This document shows positions 19,917 through 29,630 of a stretch of 64,000 bases of DNA, piece after piece (within the stretch, counting starts at the first letter, position 1; each line of letters starts with the position of its first letter). Below the pieces are notes generated by a model. It worked only from the letters and a program-made list of their open reading frames with translations, was not told the DNA's origin and ran no database searches. Both the position numbers and the translations under genes were made by a program. The stretch is from NCBI GenBank assembly GCA_963783305.1, contig CAWAMW010000012.1:1-64000 (forward strand), written 5' to 3'. This DNA is from an uncultured Gemmatimonadales bacterium (lineage in GTDB: Bacteria > Gemmatimonadota > Gemmatimonadetes > Longimicrobiales > RSA9).

Positions 19917-21874
19917 CCCAGCACGGCGCGCTCCACGCCCGTCGTCGCCGCGTGCTGCTGGCGTCGCTTCTGCTGGGAGGCCTCGGCCTCCTGGGCCGGG
20001 GCTTCCAGCTGCAGGTGTTGCAGGCGGCGGCGTGGGAGGGGCGTGCCGCGCGTCAGCAGCGGGAGCAGATCACTCTGCCATCGGAGCGGGGGACGATCTA
20101 CGACCGGAACGGTATCCCGCTGGCGGCCACGCGGGAGGTGATCCGGGTGGCCACGGCCCCGCGAGAGATCGCCGAGCCCGAGGCCGTAGCCGAAGCGCTC
20201 CGGGAGGTGCTGCGTCTGGATCGGAGCGGCGTGCGGCGGGCGATGGACCGAAGCCGTCGCTGGGTGGTGATCGCCGGTCGATTCGATCCGGTGGTGCAGG
20301 CCTCGCTCGAGCATCTGAACGGAGTGCACCTCGAGCGCCTTCTGGAGCGATTCCATCCGCATGCGGAGCTGGGGCTGGAGGTTCTGGGCCTTACCTCGCT
20401 CGAGGGGCATGGGCTGAGCGGGCTCGAGCTGGAGCTGGACTCACTCCTGTCGGGCGAGGACGGGTACGCGGTGATCCGGCGCGATGCCCATGGCGACGCG
20501 ATTCCGGGCGCGCTGATCCCGGTGAAGGAGCCTCGAGCGGGTCATGACGTCTATCTGACGCTGGACCTGGGGCTCCAGGAGATCGCGGAAGAGGCGTTGC
20601 GGTCGGCACTGGCGGAGCACGATGCGGAGGGCGGGGACCTGATCTTCGCAGACCCGCGTACGGGGGAGGTTCTGGCCGCGGCGAGTGTCCGGCGGGACGG
20701 CAGCCGGCACTGGCGGGGCGTAACGGACCCGTACGAGCCGGGGTCGACCATGAAGCCGTTCATCATGGCCGCGCTGCTGGATCGGCATCGGGCCTCCCTC
20801 GCCGACTCCGTGTTCGCCGAGAACGGCTACTACCGAGAGGGTCGCCGGGAGATCCGCGACGTGCACGGGTATGGCTGGCTGACGGCCGGAGAGGTGCTGC
20901 GGTACTCGTCGAACATCGGGATGGTGAAGCTTTCGGGCCGGCTCCAGCGGGAGGAGCAGTACGGCGCGCTGCGTGAGTTCGGTTTCGGCACGCCCACCGG
21001 CGTCCGCTACCCCTCGGAGTCGGGGGGCCGGTTGACGCGACCGGAGGGCTGGTCCGCCTACTCGCAGGCGAGCATGGCCATGGGCTACGAGCTGTCGGTG
21101 ACGCCGCTGCAGATGACGATGGCGTACGGCGCGCTGGCGAACAACGGCCTGCTCATGGAGCCGCACGTCGTCCGGGAGGCGCGCACGCCGGAGGGGCGGC
21201 GCCTGCCGCTCGGTGAGCCCCGGGTGATCCGTCGCGCGGTGGGCGCGGAAACCGCCCGTATCGTCGCGGACGCACTGGCCGACGTGGTCCAGGAGGGGAC
21301 GGGGAAGCGTGCGGGGATGGGCGCGTTCAGCGTGGCGGGGAAGACGGGCACCGCGCGGATGTTCGAGGGCGGTGTCTATCGCACGGACGCGTACACCGCG
21401 TCCTTTGCGGGCTTCTTCCCGGCGCGGGACCCGCAGCTGGTCTTCCTGGTGAAGCTCGACCGGGGATCCGAGTACGGGGGCAGCGTCGCGGCGCCGGTGA
21501 CGCGCGCCACGCTCGCGGCGGCTCTGGCGGCCCGGAACACGCCTCTGGACCGTGGCGCCGTGGCGCGGGCGATGCCGGCGCCGACGCCCCGGCCCATGGC
21601 GGCATTGGAGGCGGGACCCTGGCTGCCGCCGGCTCCGGGCCCGTTCCTGTTCCGGCTGGAGTCGGGAGCGCCGGGGCAGGCGGCTGGGGAGGCGGAGCGG
21701 GTGGTACCCGACGTGGCCGGCATGAGCGTGCGGGACGCGGCGGCCGCGCTTCACGCGGTGGGACTCTCGGTCGGGATCCATGGGTCGGGCAGAGTGCGGG
21801 GCAGCACTCCGTCTGCCGGATCACGGGTGGGCGCCGGGACGCTGGTGGAGCTGGCGCTGGAGGCGATCCGATGA
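19913..21874 (+). CDS. ftsI: Class B penicillin-binding protein with PASTA domain
   Basis: RGTIYDRNG, EPGSTMKP (SxxK), SSN, GKTGTA, C-terminal VPDVAGMSVRDA. Confidence 0.93.
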   Translation: MTQHGALHARRRRVLLASLLLGGLGLLGRGFQLQVLQAAAWEGRAARQQREQITLPSERGTIYDRNGIPLAATREVIRVATAPREIAEPEAVAEALREVLRLDRSGVRRAMDRSRRWVVIAGRFDPVVQASLEHLNGVHLERLLERFHPHAELGLEVLGLTSLEGHGLSGLELELDSLLSGEDGYAVIRRDAHGDAIPGALIPVKEPRAGHDVYLTLDLGLQEIAEEALRSALAEHDAEGGDLIFADPRTGEVLAAASVRRDGSRHWRGVTDPYEPGSTMKPFIMAALLDRHRASLADSVFAENGYYREGRREIRDVHGYGWLTAGEVLRYSSNIGMVKLSGRLQREEQYGALREFGFGTPTGVRYPSESGGRLTRPEGWSAYSQASMAMGYELSVTPLQMTMAYGALANNGLLMEPHVVREARTPEGRRLPLGEPRVIRRAVGAETARIVADALADVVQEGTGKRAGMGAFSVAGKTGTARMFEGGVYRTDAYTASFAGFFPARDPQLVFLVKLDRGSEYGGSVAAPVTRATLAAALAARNTPLDRGAVARAMPAPTPRPMAALEAGPWLPPAPGPFLFRLESGAPGQAAGEAERVVPDVAGMSVRDAAAALHAVGLSVGIHGSGRVRGSTPSAGSRVGAGTLVELALEAIR

Positions 21875-23379
21875 GCCCGCGGGCCCCCACCGGCATCGCC
21901 CTTTCCAGGGTGGTGGAGTGTCTGGCGCAGGAGGGGCTCGTGCGCCAGGCGCCAGCGGAGGACGTGGAGCTGACGGGCGTAACGGCCGACAGCCGTGCCG
22001 CGGCGCCGGGGGATCTCTTCTGCGCGTGGTCGGGTCACGCTGCGGACGCCCACGAGTATGTCGCCTCCGCCATCCAGGCGGGGGTGCGAGCGGTGCTGGT
22101 GGAGCGCCCGGTGACGGACGCGGTTCCCCAGGTGATCGTCACCGCCGGCCGACCGGCTGCCGCGTTGGCCGCCCACGAAATCATGGGGCGGCCTTCGGAG
22201 TCGCTGATCCTCGCGGGGGTCACGGGGACGAACGGGAAGACCACGACCGTCTGGATCCTCCGTCACCTGTTGACGGCGCGCTGGCGCACGGCGTCGCTGG
22301 GCACCGTGGGCGCCGTCACGGAGGACGGCGTACCGCTTCCCGGCACCGCGAATCTCACGACTCCCGGGGCGGTGGGAATGGCCGAGACCATGCGCGCATT
22401 CGCCGATCGCGGGACGGAGGCTGTGGCGATGGAAGTCTCGTCTCACGCGCTGGACCAGTCTCGCGTGCACGCGCTCCGGTTCTCCGTGGCGGCGTTCACG
22501 AACCTGACGCGGGACCACCTGGACTACCACGGCTCGTTCGAGCGCTATCGGGCGACCAAGCGTGAGCTGGTGGAGCTCCTGCGGCCGGGGGGGACCGCCG
22601 TGATCAACGCCGATGAGTCGGCGTGGGACGGACTCGAGCGCCGGGCCCCGAATGCACTCCGCTTCGCCCTCGAAGATGGGCCCGGCGCCGCCGGTGCCGA
22701 TATCGTGGCGAGCGAAATCTCACACTCCGTGGAGGGGTCCTCTTTCGTCATGCGGACGCCGCGTGGCGCAGCCGATGTCCGCCTCCCTCTTCTGGGGGCG
22801 TACAACGTGCAGAACGCTCTCACCGCGGCCGCCGCCTGCCTCGCCCTCGGGCTCGAGCTTGAGGAGGTGGTCCACGAGCTGGGTCGCGCCCCGCACGTGC
22901 CGGGGCGACTGGAGCAGGTGGCGGACCGTCCCTGTCGCGTGGTCACCGACTACGCGCACACGCCGGACGCGCTGGAGCGGGTGCTCAGCGCGCTGAAGGC
23001 GGTAACCCCCGGTCGGCTCATCGTGGTGTTCGGCGCGGGCGGCGACCGTGACCGTGGCAAGCGTCCGCTGATGGGAGAGGTTGCGGCTCGGCTGGCCGAT
23101 GTGGCGGTCGTGACGTCGGACAATCCGAGGACCGAGGACCCGGACGCCATCATCGACGAGATCCTGGCCGGGATGGACGGGGCCGCGGCGGTGGTGGAGC
23201 GGGTCACGGACCGACACGAGGCGATCCGGTACGCGCTGGATCTCGCGGAGCCCCGGGACGTGGTGCTCCTCGCCGGCAAGGGACACGAGACCTATCAGGT
23301 GGTAGGCACGGAGACGAGAGCGTTCGACGAGCGTCAGGTGGTACGGGAGTGGCTGGAAGCGAAAGGGGCGGCAGGATGA
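21871..23379 (+). CDS. murE: UDP-MurNAc-Ala-Glu:meso-DAP ligase
   Basis: GVTGTNGKTT, MEVSSHALDQ, DYAHTPDAL, DNPR (meso-DAP-type motif). Confidence 0.96.
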   Translation: MSPRAPTGIALSRVVECLAQEGLVRQAPAEDVELTGVTADSRAAAPGDLFCAWSGHAADAHEYVASAIQAGVRAVLVERPVTDAVPQVIVTAGRPAAALAAHEIMGRPSESLILAGVTGTNGKTTTVWILRHLLTARWRTASLGTVGAVTEDGVPLPGTANLTTPGAVGMAETMRAFADRGTEAVAMEVSSHALDQSRVHALRFSVAAFTNLTRDHLDYHGSFERYRATKRELVELLRPGGTAVINADESAWDGLERRAPNALRFALEDGPGAAGADIVASEISHSVEGSSFVMRTPRGAADVRLPLLGAYNVQNALTAAAACLALGLELEEVVHELGRAPHVPGRLEQVADRPCRVVTDYAHTPDALERVLSALKAVTPGRLIVVFGAGGDRDRGKRPLMGEVAARLADVAVVTSDNPRTEDPDAIIDEILAGMDGAAAVVERVTDRHEAIRYALDLAEPRDVVLLAGKGHETYQVVGTETRAFDERQVVREWLEAKGAAG

Positions 23380-24785
23380 GCCGCTGGACGGAGCAGCAGG
23401 TACTGGATGCGCTGGAGCTGGCGATCCCGGAGGAGCGTGGGAACGGTCAGGGATCCGAAGCGTCGCAGTACGCGTCCGTGAGCACCGACACCCGCGCGCT
23501 CGAGGAGGGATCTCTCTTCGTGGCGCTTCGGGGCGAGAACTTCGACGGTCACGCCTTCCTCCAGCAGGCGCGTGAACAGGGCGCGCGCGGTGCGGTGGTG
23601 GACAGCATCCCCGAGGACGCGCCGCCACTCCGCTATTACCGCGTGCCGGACACCCTCACCGCACTCGGTCGTCTGGGTCGTTACCGCCGTCGCGCGGTGG
23701 GCGGCAGGGTGGTGGCCATTACGGGCACCAATGGGAAGACGACCACGAAGGAGATGACCCGCGCGGTACTCTCGACCCGCTACCGCACCCACGCCACCTC
23801 GGGGAACCTCAACAACCTGGTGGGTGCGCCCCTTACGCTGCTGGATGCGCCCGACGATGCGGAGGCGCTGGTGGTGGAGATCGGCATGAACGTACCGGGC
23901 GAGATCGCGCGCCTGGCGGAGATCGTGGAGCCGGAGGTGGGTGTGGTTACGGCGGTGGCGGAGGGGCACCTGGAGGGGATCGGCACACTCGAGGGGGTGC
24001 TTCGGGAGAAGACGTCGCTCCTTTCCCGCATCCGGGCGGGCGGCCTGGCGATCGTGGCGGACGAGCCCGCGGCCTTGCCGGAGCGCGCCCGGTCCCTGAC
24101 CCGGAGGGTCCAGGTCGCCGGCTGGAGCGATCGGGCCGACGCCGGCCTGCGTGCGGAAGACCTCCGCATCGACGCGGACGGTCGCGTTCGGTTCCGCTGG
24201 CAGGGTCGTGACGTGGGTCTGCCTTTCGGGGGCCGGGCGCACGTCCGGAACGCGCTGATCGCCCTTGCGGTGGGGCTCGAATGGGAGGTGGACCCGGACG
24301 CGGCGGTGGCGGCGCTGGAAGCCATGTCCCCGCCCAACATGCGTGGCGAAACGCACCGGCACGGGGAGCTGACGGTGATCGCGGATTGCTACAACTCGAA
24401 CCCGGGCAGCCTGGATGCGGCCGTGGACACCCTGGTGCACATGCCCCGGCGTGGCGGACGTGTGGTGGTAGTGGGGTCGATGCTGGAGCTGGGGGCGCGG
24501 AGCGAGGCGCTGCATCGGGATCTGGCGAGGCGGATCGCCGACGCCAATGTGGACCTGATCGTCGCGACGGGTCTGTTCGTTCCGGCGTTTGCGCCGCTCG
24601 GTGAGGAGCTCGGGAACCGGGTGATCGCTGCGGAGGATCCGATGGACACGCTGGAGCCGCTCCTGGAACGACTGAGCGGCGACGAGGTGGTCCTGCTCAA
24701 GGGGTCGCGGGGGATGGAGCTGGAGCGGCTCCTGCCTCCACTCGAGGAACGGTTCGGCGGGGAATCCGCAGGGGAGGCCGGCTGA
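23376..24785 (+). CDS. murF: UDP-MurNAc-tripeptide:D-Ala-D-Ala ligase
   Basis: ITGTNGKTTTKEM, GNLNNLVG, DCYNSNP, LLKGSRG. Confidence 0.96.
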   Translation: MSRWTEQQVLDALELAIPEERGNGQGSEASQYASVSTDTRALEEGSLFVALRGENFDGHAFLQQAREQGARGAVVDSIPEDAPPLRYYRVPDTLTALGRLGRYRRRAVGGRVVAITGTNGKTTTKEMTRAVLSTRYRTHATSGNLNNLVGAPLTLLDAPDDAEALVVEIGMNVPGEIARLAEIVEPEVGVVTAVAEGHLEGIGTLEGVLREKTSLLSRIRAGGLAIVADEPAALPERARSLTRRVQVAGWSDRADAGLRAEDLRIDADGRVRFRWQGRDVGLPFGGRAHVRNALIALAVGLEWEVDPDAAVAALEAMSPPNMRGETHRHGELTVIADCYNSNPGSLDAAVDTLVHMPRRGGRVVVVGSMLELGARSEALHRDLARRIADANVDLIVATGLFVPAFAPLGEELGNRVIAAEDPMDTLEPLLERLSGDEVVLLKGSRGMELERLLPPLEERFGGESAGEAG

Positions 24786-24786
24786 G

Positions 24787-25890
24787 ATGCTCGAGCACTT
24801 TCTGGTACCGCTGGCCGACCATCACATCGTTTTCAACCTGTTCCGCTACATCACGTTCAGGGCGGCCGGGGCGATGGCGACGGCGCTCCTCGTGTCCTTC
24901 GTGCTGGGACCGTGGATCATCGCGCGGCTGCGGACGCTCCGCGTCGGGCAGATCGTGCGGGAGCTGGGGCCGCAGGAGCACCTGGCGAAGGCGGGCACGC
25001 CCACGATGGGCGGCGTGCTGATCATCGTGGCCGCCACGGTCTCGACGCTGCTCTGGGCGGACCTGACGAGCGCGAACGTGATCATCGCGCTCGTCGTGCT
25101 GCTCTGGACCGGCGCGCTGGGGTTCATCGACGACTACCTGAAGGTGGTGCGGAAACGCACCGAGGGTCTGGTTGCCAAGTACAAGCTGGTGGGGCAGGGG
25201 CTCATCGGGTTCCTGGTGGCCCTCGCGCTTCTGCTGTTCCCGATCATGGACGAGCCCACCTGGACCATGGTGCCTTTCTTCGCCGAGTGGCACGTGGATT
25301 TCCTCTGGTGGGCGTTCATTCCGTGGGTGATGATCGTGCTGGCCGGGAGCTCGAACGCGGTGAACCTGAGCGACGGGCTGGACGGCCTGGCGTCGGGTCT
25401 CTCGGCCATCGCCGTGGCGACCTTTGCGGTCTTCGCGTACGTGATCGGCCGCGTGGACACGTCGGCATACCTGGGTGTCAGCTACATCCCCGGCGCGGGT
25501 GAGCTGGCGATTTTCTGCGTGGCCCTGGCCGGCGCCGCGCTGGGCTTCATGTGGTTCAACGCGCACCCGGCCGAGGTGTTCATGGGAGACACCGGGTCGC
25601 TCGCGCTCGGCGGCGCCATCGGGGCCGTGGCCATCCTGCTCAAGATGGAGTTCCTCCTGATCGTGGTGGGTGGCGTCTTCGTCCTGGAGGCGGTGTCGGT
25701 GATCACGCAGGTGGGATTCTTCCGCTACACGCTCGCGCGGACCGGCACCGGGCGCCGGCTCTTCCGCATGGCGCCGCTGCATCACCATTTCGAGCAGCGC
25801 GGCTGGGCGGAGAGCAAGGTCATCATCCGGTTCTGGATCCTGGGCATCCTGTGTGCTCTCGCCGCCTTCAGCACCCTGAAGATCCGATGA
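24787..25890 (+). CDS. mraY: Phospho-MurNAc-pentapeptide transferase
   Basis: KAGTPTMGG, NAVNLSDGLDGL, FMGDTGS, MAPLHHHFE. Confidence 0.97.
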   Translation: MLEHFLVPLADHHIVFNLFRYITFRAAGAMATALLVSFVLGPWIIARLRTLRVGQIVRELGPQEHLAKAGTPTMGGVLIIVAATVSTLLWADLTSANVIIALVVLLWTGALGFIDDYLKVVRKRTEGLVAKYKLVGQGLIGFLVALALLLFPIMDEPTWTMVPFFAEWHVDFLWWAFIPWVMIVLAGSSNAVNLSDGLDGLASGLSAIAVATFAVFAYVIGRVDTSAYLGVSYIPGAGELAIFCVALAGAALGFMWFNAHPAEVFMGDTGSLALGGAIGAVAILLKMEFLLIVVGGVFVLEAVSVITQVGFFRYTLARTGTGRRLFRMAPLHHHFEQRGWAESKVIIRFWILGILCALAAFSTLKIR

Positions 25891-27275
25891 GCGCTCCTGG
25901 ACGCGTGGGTGTGATCGGACTCGGCCGGAGCGGCCGCGGGGCGGCGAAGCTCGCCCTCACCTCGGGGAGCGCCGTGTTCGCGTCCGATGCCGGGGACTCA
26001 GACCCGGTGCGGGCGACGGCCGCGGAGATCCGCCGGCTGGGCGGGGAGGCGGAGACGGGCGGCCATACCGTGGAGCGGCTGGCCGAATGCGACCTGATCG
26101 TCCTGAGCCCGGGCATCCCGCCGAACGCGGGCGTCCTGAAAGACCCGCGCCTGGCCGACGTGCCGTGGACGAGCGAGCTGGAGTTCGCCGCCGCGCATCT
26201 GGATGTTCCGGTGATCGCCGTGACGGGCACCAACGGCAAGACCACGGTCACGGCGTGGGCCGCCCATATGCTGAAAGCCACGGGCATGGATGCGGTGGCG
26301 GCGGGGAACATTGGCACCGCCCTGAGCGAGGTCGCGCTTCGAGACCCTCGTCCCGACTGGGTGGTGGTGGAGGCCAGCTCGTATCAGCTGGGGCGCGTGG
26401 AGCGCTTCACGCCCCGAGTGGGTGTCGTTACGAACCTGGCACCCGATCACCTCGACCGGTACGAGAGCGTGGAGGCCTACTACGGCGACAAGGCACATTT
26501 GTTCGACAACGCTTACCGCGACAGCTGCTGGATACTGAACGCAGAGGACGACGATGTGCTGGCGCTGGCTGGGAATGCACCCGGGCGCCGCTTCTACTTC
26601 CGTACGGCCAGCACTCCCGCGGCGGACGAGATGGGCGGGTGGGTGGACCGGGACGGTCGGCTGCTGATGCGCCTGGAGGGCGACGACCATGTCCTGGTGG
26701 ACTCGGGGGAGCTCCAGCTTCTGGGGGAGCACAACCGCGCCAACGCGCTGGCCGCCGCGCTGGCGGCGTACGCGGCCACGGGGGACCTGGAGGCCATCCG
26801 GCAGGGGCTGCGGACGTTCGTCCCGATGCGGCACCGCCTGGAACCTCTGGGCGAGGTTGACGGGGTCTTGTGGGTGAACGACTCCAAGGCGACGAACGTG
26901 GCCTCGACCCGGGTGGCGATCCGGAGCATGGAGCGGCCGACCGTGCTGCTTCTGGGTGGCCGTGCGAAGGGGGAGGACTACGGCGCGCTGGCGGACGTGG
27001 TCGGGGAGCGGGTGCGGGTGGTGGTGGCGTTCGGGGAGGCGGCGGCGCAAATCGAGGCGGAGCTCGGCGACGGGGTGCGGGTGGTTTGCGAGGCCGGCGC
27101 GTTCCGGACGGTAGTGTCCTGCGCGCGGGATCTGGCGCGGCCGGGGGACGCGGTCCTGCTGGCGCCGGCCTGCGCCAGCTTCGACATGTTCCGGGACTAT
27201 GAGGACCGCGGTCGCCAGTTCACGGCGCTGGTGGACGAGATGGCGGCGGGGCGGTTGGAGGTGCCTCGTGGCTAA
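25887..27275 (+). CDS. murD: UDP-MurNAc-Ala:D-Glu ligase
   Basis: GLGRSG, TGTNGKTT, NDSKATN, APACASFDMF. Confidence 0.96.
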   Translation: MSAPGRVGVIGLGRSGRGAAKLALTSGSAVFASDAGDSDPVRATAAEIRRLGGEAETGGHTVERLAECDLIVLSPGIPPNAGVLKDPRLADVPWTSELEFAAAHLDVPVIAVTGTNGKTTVTAWAAHMLKATGMDAVAAGNIGTALSEVALRDPRPDWVVVEASSYQLGRVERFTPRVGVVTNLAPDHLDRYESVEAYYGDKAHLFDNAYRDSCWILNAEDDDVLALAGNAPGRRFYFRTASTPAADEMGGWVDRDGRLLMRLEGDDHVLVDSGELQLLGEHNRANALAAALAAYAATGDLEAIRQGLRTFVPMRHRLEPLGEVDGVLWVNDSKATNVASTRVAIRSMERPTVLLLGGRAKGEDYGALADVVGERVRVVVAFGEAAAQIEAELGDGVRVVCEAGAFRTVVSCARDLARPGDAVLLAPACASFDMFRDYEDRGRQFTALVDEMAAGRLEVPRG

Positions 27276-28506
27276 GCTCGGGATCGCCGGGGGCCGGAGT
27301 GGCGCGACCGCCCGCATATCCCCGTCGTATCCGACGGAGCGGGCGGTTCAGGATCCGAGTCGTCTCGGCAGTGGATGGGAGGGTGGAGCCGTCCTGCTGC
27401 TGACGACCGTTCTGGTCTCGGTGGGGCTGGTGATGGTGTACAGCGCGAGCGCCGTAATGGCGCAGAGCCAGGGGCTCGCGCCTCACTACTTCCTCCTGCG
27501 GCAGATGTCGGGGGCGGTGATTGGGCTGGGCGTGCTGATCGTGGCAGCCCAGCTCGACTACCGGCGGCTCCGAGTGCTGGCGTGGCCGATTCTCGCCGTG
27601 GCGGCCGTCATGCTCCTGCTTACGGTGCTGCCCGGCACCGAGTCGTTGGCGCCGCGCTCGAACGGAGCTCGTCGTTGGCTGCTGATCGGGCCAGTGGGGG
27701 TGCAGCCGTCGGAGCTGGCGAAGCTCGCGCTGCTGATCTGGACCGCCTCGATCGTGGTGAAGAAGCAGGGCCAGCTCCGGAGTCTGAGCGAGGGGCTGCT
27801 ACCCCTGCTGCTGGTCTGGGGCGCCGTAGCGGGGCTGGTGCTGATCCAGCCGGACCTCTCCACCGCTGCGCTGATGCTCCTGCTGGTGGCGCTGGTGGCG
27901 TACGCGGGGGGTGCCCGGCCGGGGCATTTCATCGCGTTGGCGGTGCTGGCTCTCCCGTTCGTCTGGTCGCAGGTGGCGCGTGTGGCGTATCGGATGGACC
28001 GCGTCACCGCGTTCCTCGATCCGAACGCGGACGTGGCCGACCTCGGCTACCAGATCAACCAGTCGCTGATTGCCCTGGGGAGCGGTGGTGTGCTGGGCCG
28101 CGGCTTCGGCCGAGGCCAGCAGAAGTTCGGCTTCCTGCCGGAGCCCCACAACGATTTCATCATCGCGATGATCGGTGAGGAATGGGGGTTCCTGGGCGTG
28201 GCCGGGTTGACGGTGTTCTTCATTGCGTTCGCCCTGATCGGCTATCGCATCGCCCGTGGCGCCACGGACCTGTTCGGTTTCCTGCTGGCGGTGGGGATGA
28301 CCAACTTCATCGTAGTGCAGGCGTTCCTGCACACGGCCGTGAACCTGGCCGTGGTCCCACCGACGGGGATCACGCTCCCGTTCATCTCGTATGGCCGATC
28401 CAGCCTCATTACGTGCCTGGCCGCGGCGGGGATCCTCATCAGCGTGGCCCGGATCAGTGAGCGGCGGGATCAGGCGCTCGCCCGAGCGCGCGGGAGGACT
28501 CCATGA
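27268..28506 (+). CDS. ftsW: SEDS peptidoglycan polymerase FtsW
   Basis: NGARRW, QPSELAK, LPEPHNDFI, LPFISYG. Confidence 0.95.
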   Translation: MAKLGIAGGRSGATARISPSYPTERAVQDPSRLGSGWEGGAVLLLTTVLVSVGLVMVYSASAVMAQSQGLAPHYFLLRQMSGAVIGLGVLIVAAQLDYRRLRVLAWPILAVAAVMLLLTVLPGTESLAPRSNGARRWLLIGPVGVQPSELAKLALLIWTASIVVKKQGQLRSLSEGLLPLLLVWGAVAGLVLIQPDLSTAALMLLLVALVAYAGGARPGHFIALAVLALPFVWSQVARVAYRMDRVTAFLDPNADVADLGYQINQSLIALGSGGVLGRGFGRGQQKFGFLPEPHNDFIIAMIGEEWGFLGVAGLTVFFIAFALIGYRIARGATDLFGFLLAVGMTNFIVVQAFLHTAVNLAVVPPTGITLPFISYGRSSLITCLAAAGILISVARISERRDQALARARGRTP

Positions 28507-29630
28507 GCAGGACCGTGATATTCGCCGGCGGCGGCACCGGCGGACACCTCTATCCGGGGCTGAACATCGCCGCGGCGATGCGCGAGCTGCGCCCGGAAGT
28601 GGAGACGCTGTTCGTGGGAGCGCGGCGTGGGGTCGAGGCGCGCGTGCTTCCGGAGAAGGGTGTTCCGCACCGGCTGCTGCCGCTGCTGCCGCTCCATCGC
28701 GAACGGGTGTGGCGCAACTGGAAGCTGCCGTTCGCCATGATGTCGAGCGGGTGGGGCCTGGCCGCGCTCACGGTCCGGAAGCGCCCGGCGCTGGTGGTGG
28801 GCACCGGCGGCTACGCGAGCGGTCCCGCCTGCGCGTGGGCGCTTCTTACGGGCGTCCCGATCGCGCTCCAGGAGCAGAACTCCTATCCGGGGCTCACGAC
28901 GCGCTGGCTGAGCCGGTTCGCCGACCAGGTGCACCTGGGGTTCCCGGAAGCCGAGGAGCACCTGCGGCCGGGGAAGCGGACGGAGGTGGTGGAGCACGGG
29001 AATCCGATCCAGCCGCCGAAGCCCGTGGACCGTGCGGTAGCCCGGCAGCAGTTCGGGCTCTCCGCGGGTGCGACGGTGGTGCTGGTGGTGGGTGGGAGCC
29101 AGGGGGCGCGGGCGGTGAACGAGGCGCTGGCGGGCGCGCTGGAGCGGGTCGCCGCGGGCCAGGCCCAGCGCCCCTCGTCGCTGGAGATCCTGTGGGCGAC
29201 GGGCCCCACTCAGCTGGAGAGCGTGCAGGAGCGTCTCGCGCCGGTGGACGTGGGCGGCTGGGTGCATACGGTGGGCTACATCAACGACATGCCGGCGGCG
29301 CTGGCAGCCACGGACGTGGCCATCTCGCGGGCGGGGGCCATGGGCACGGCCGAGCTGCTGGCGTGGGGGATCCCGTCGATCCTGGTGCCGCTGCCGACGG
29401 CCGCGGCCGACCATCAGACGCACAACGCGCGGGCGCTGGACCGGTTCGGGGCGGCGGTGTCGCTGCCCCAGGCGGAGGCCACTCCCGAGCGCCTCTGGAC
29501 GGAGCTGGTGGGGCTCGCGGGCGATGAGGAGCGGCGACTGACCATGGCGGCACGCGCCCGAGATCGGGCACGGCCGGAGGCGGCGAAGAAGATCGCCCGG
29601 GACCTCCTGCGGATCGTGGAGGGATCATGA
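28503..29630 (+). CDS. murG: Lipid II GlcNAc transferase
   Basis: AGGGTGGHLYP, GGSQGA, SRAGA, HQTHNA. Confidence 0.96.
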   Translation: MSRTVIFAGGGTGGHLYPGLNIAAAMRELRPEVETLFVGARRGVEARVLPEKGVPHRLLPLLPLHRERVWRNWKLPFAMMSSGWGLAALTVRKRPALVVGTGGYASGPACAWALLTGVPIALQEQNSYPGLTTRWLSRFADQVHLGFPEAEEHLRPGKRTEVVEHGNPIQPPKPVDRAVARQQFGLSAGATVVLVVGGSQGARAVNEALAGALERVAAGQAQRPSSLEILWATGPTQLESVQERLAPVDVGGWVHTVGYINDMPAALAATDVAISRAGAMGTAELLAWGIPSILVPLPTAAADHQTHNARALDRFGAAVSLPQAEATPERLWTELVGLAGDEERRLTMAARARDRARPEAAKKIARDLLRIVEGS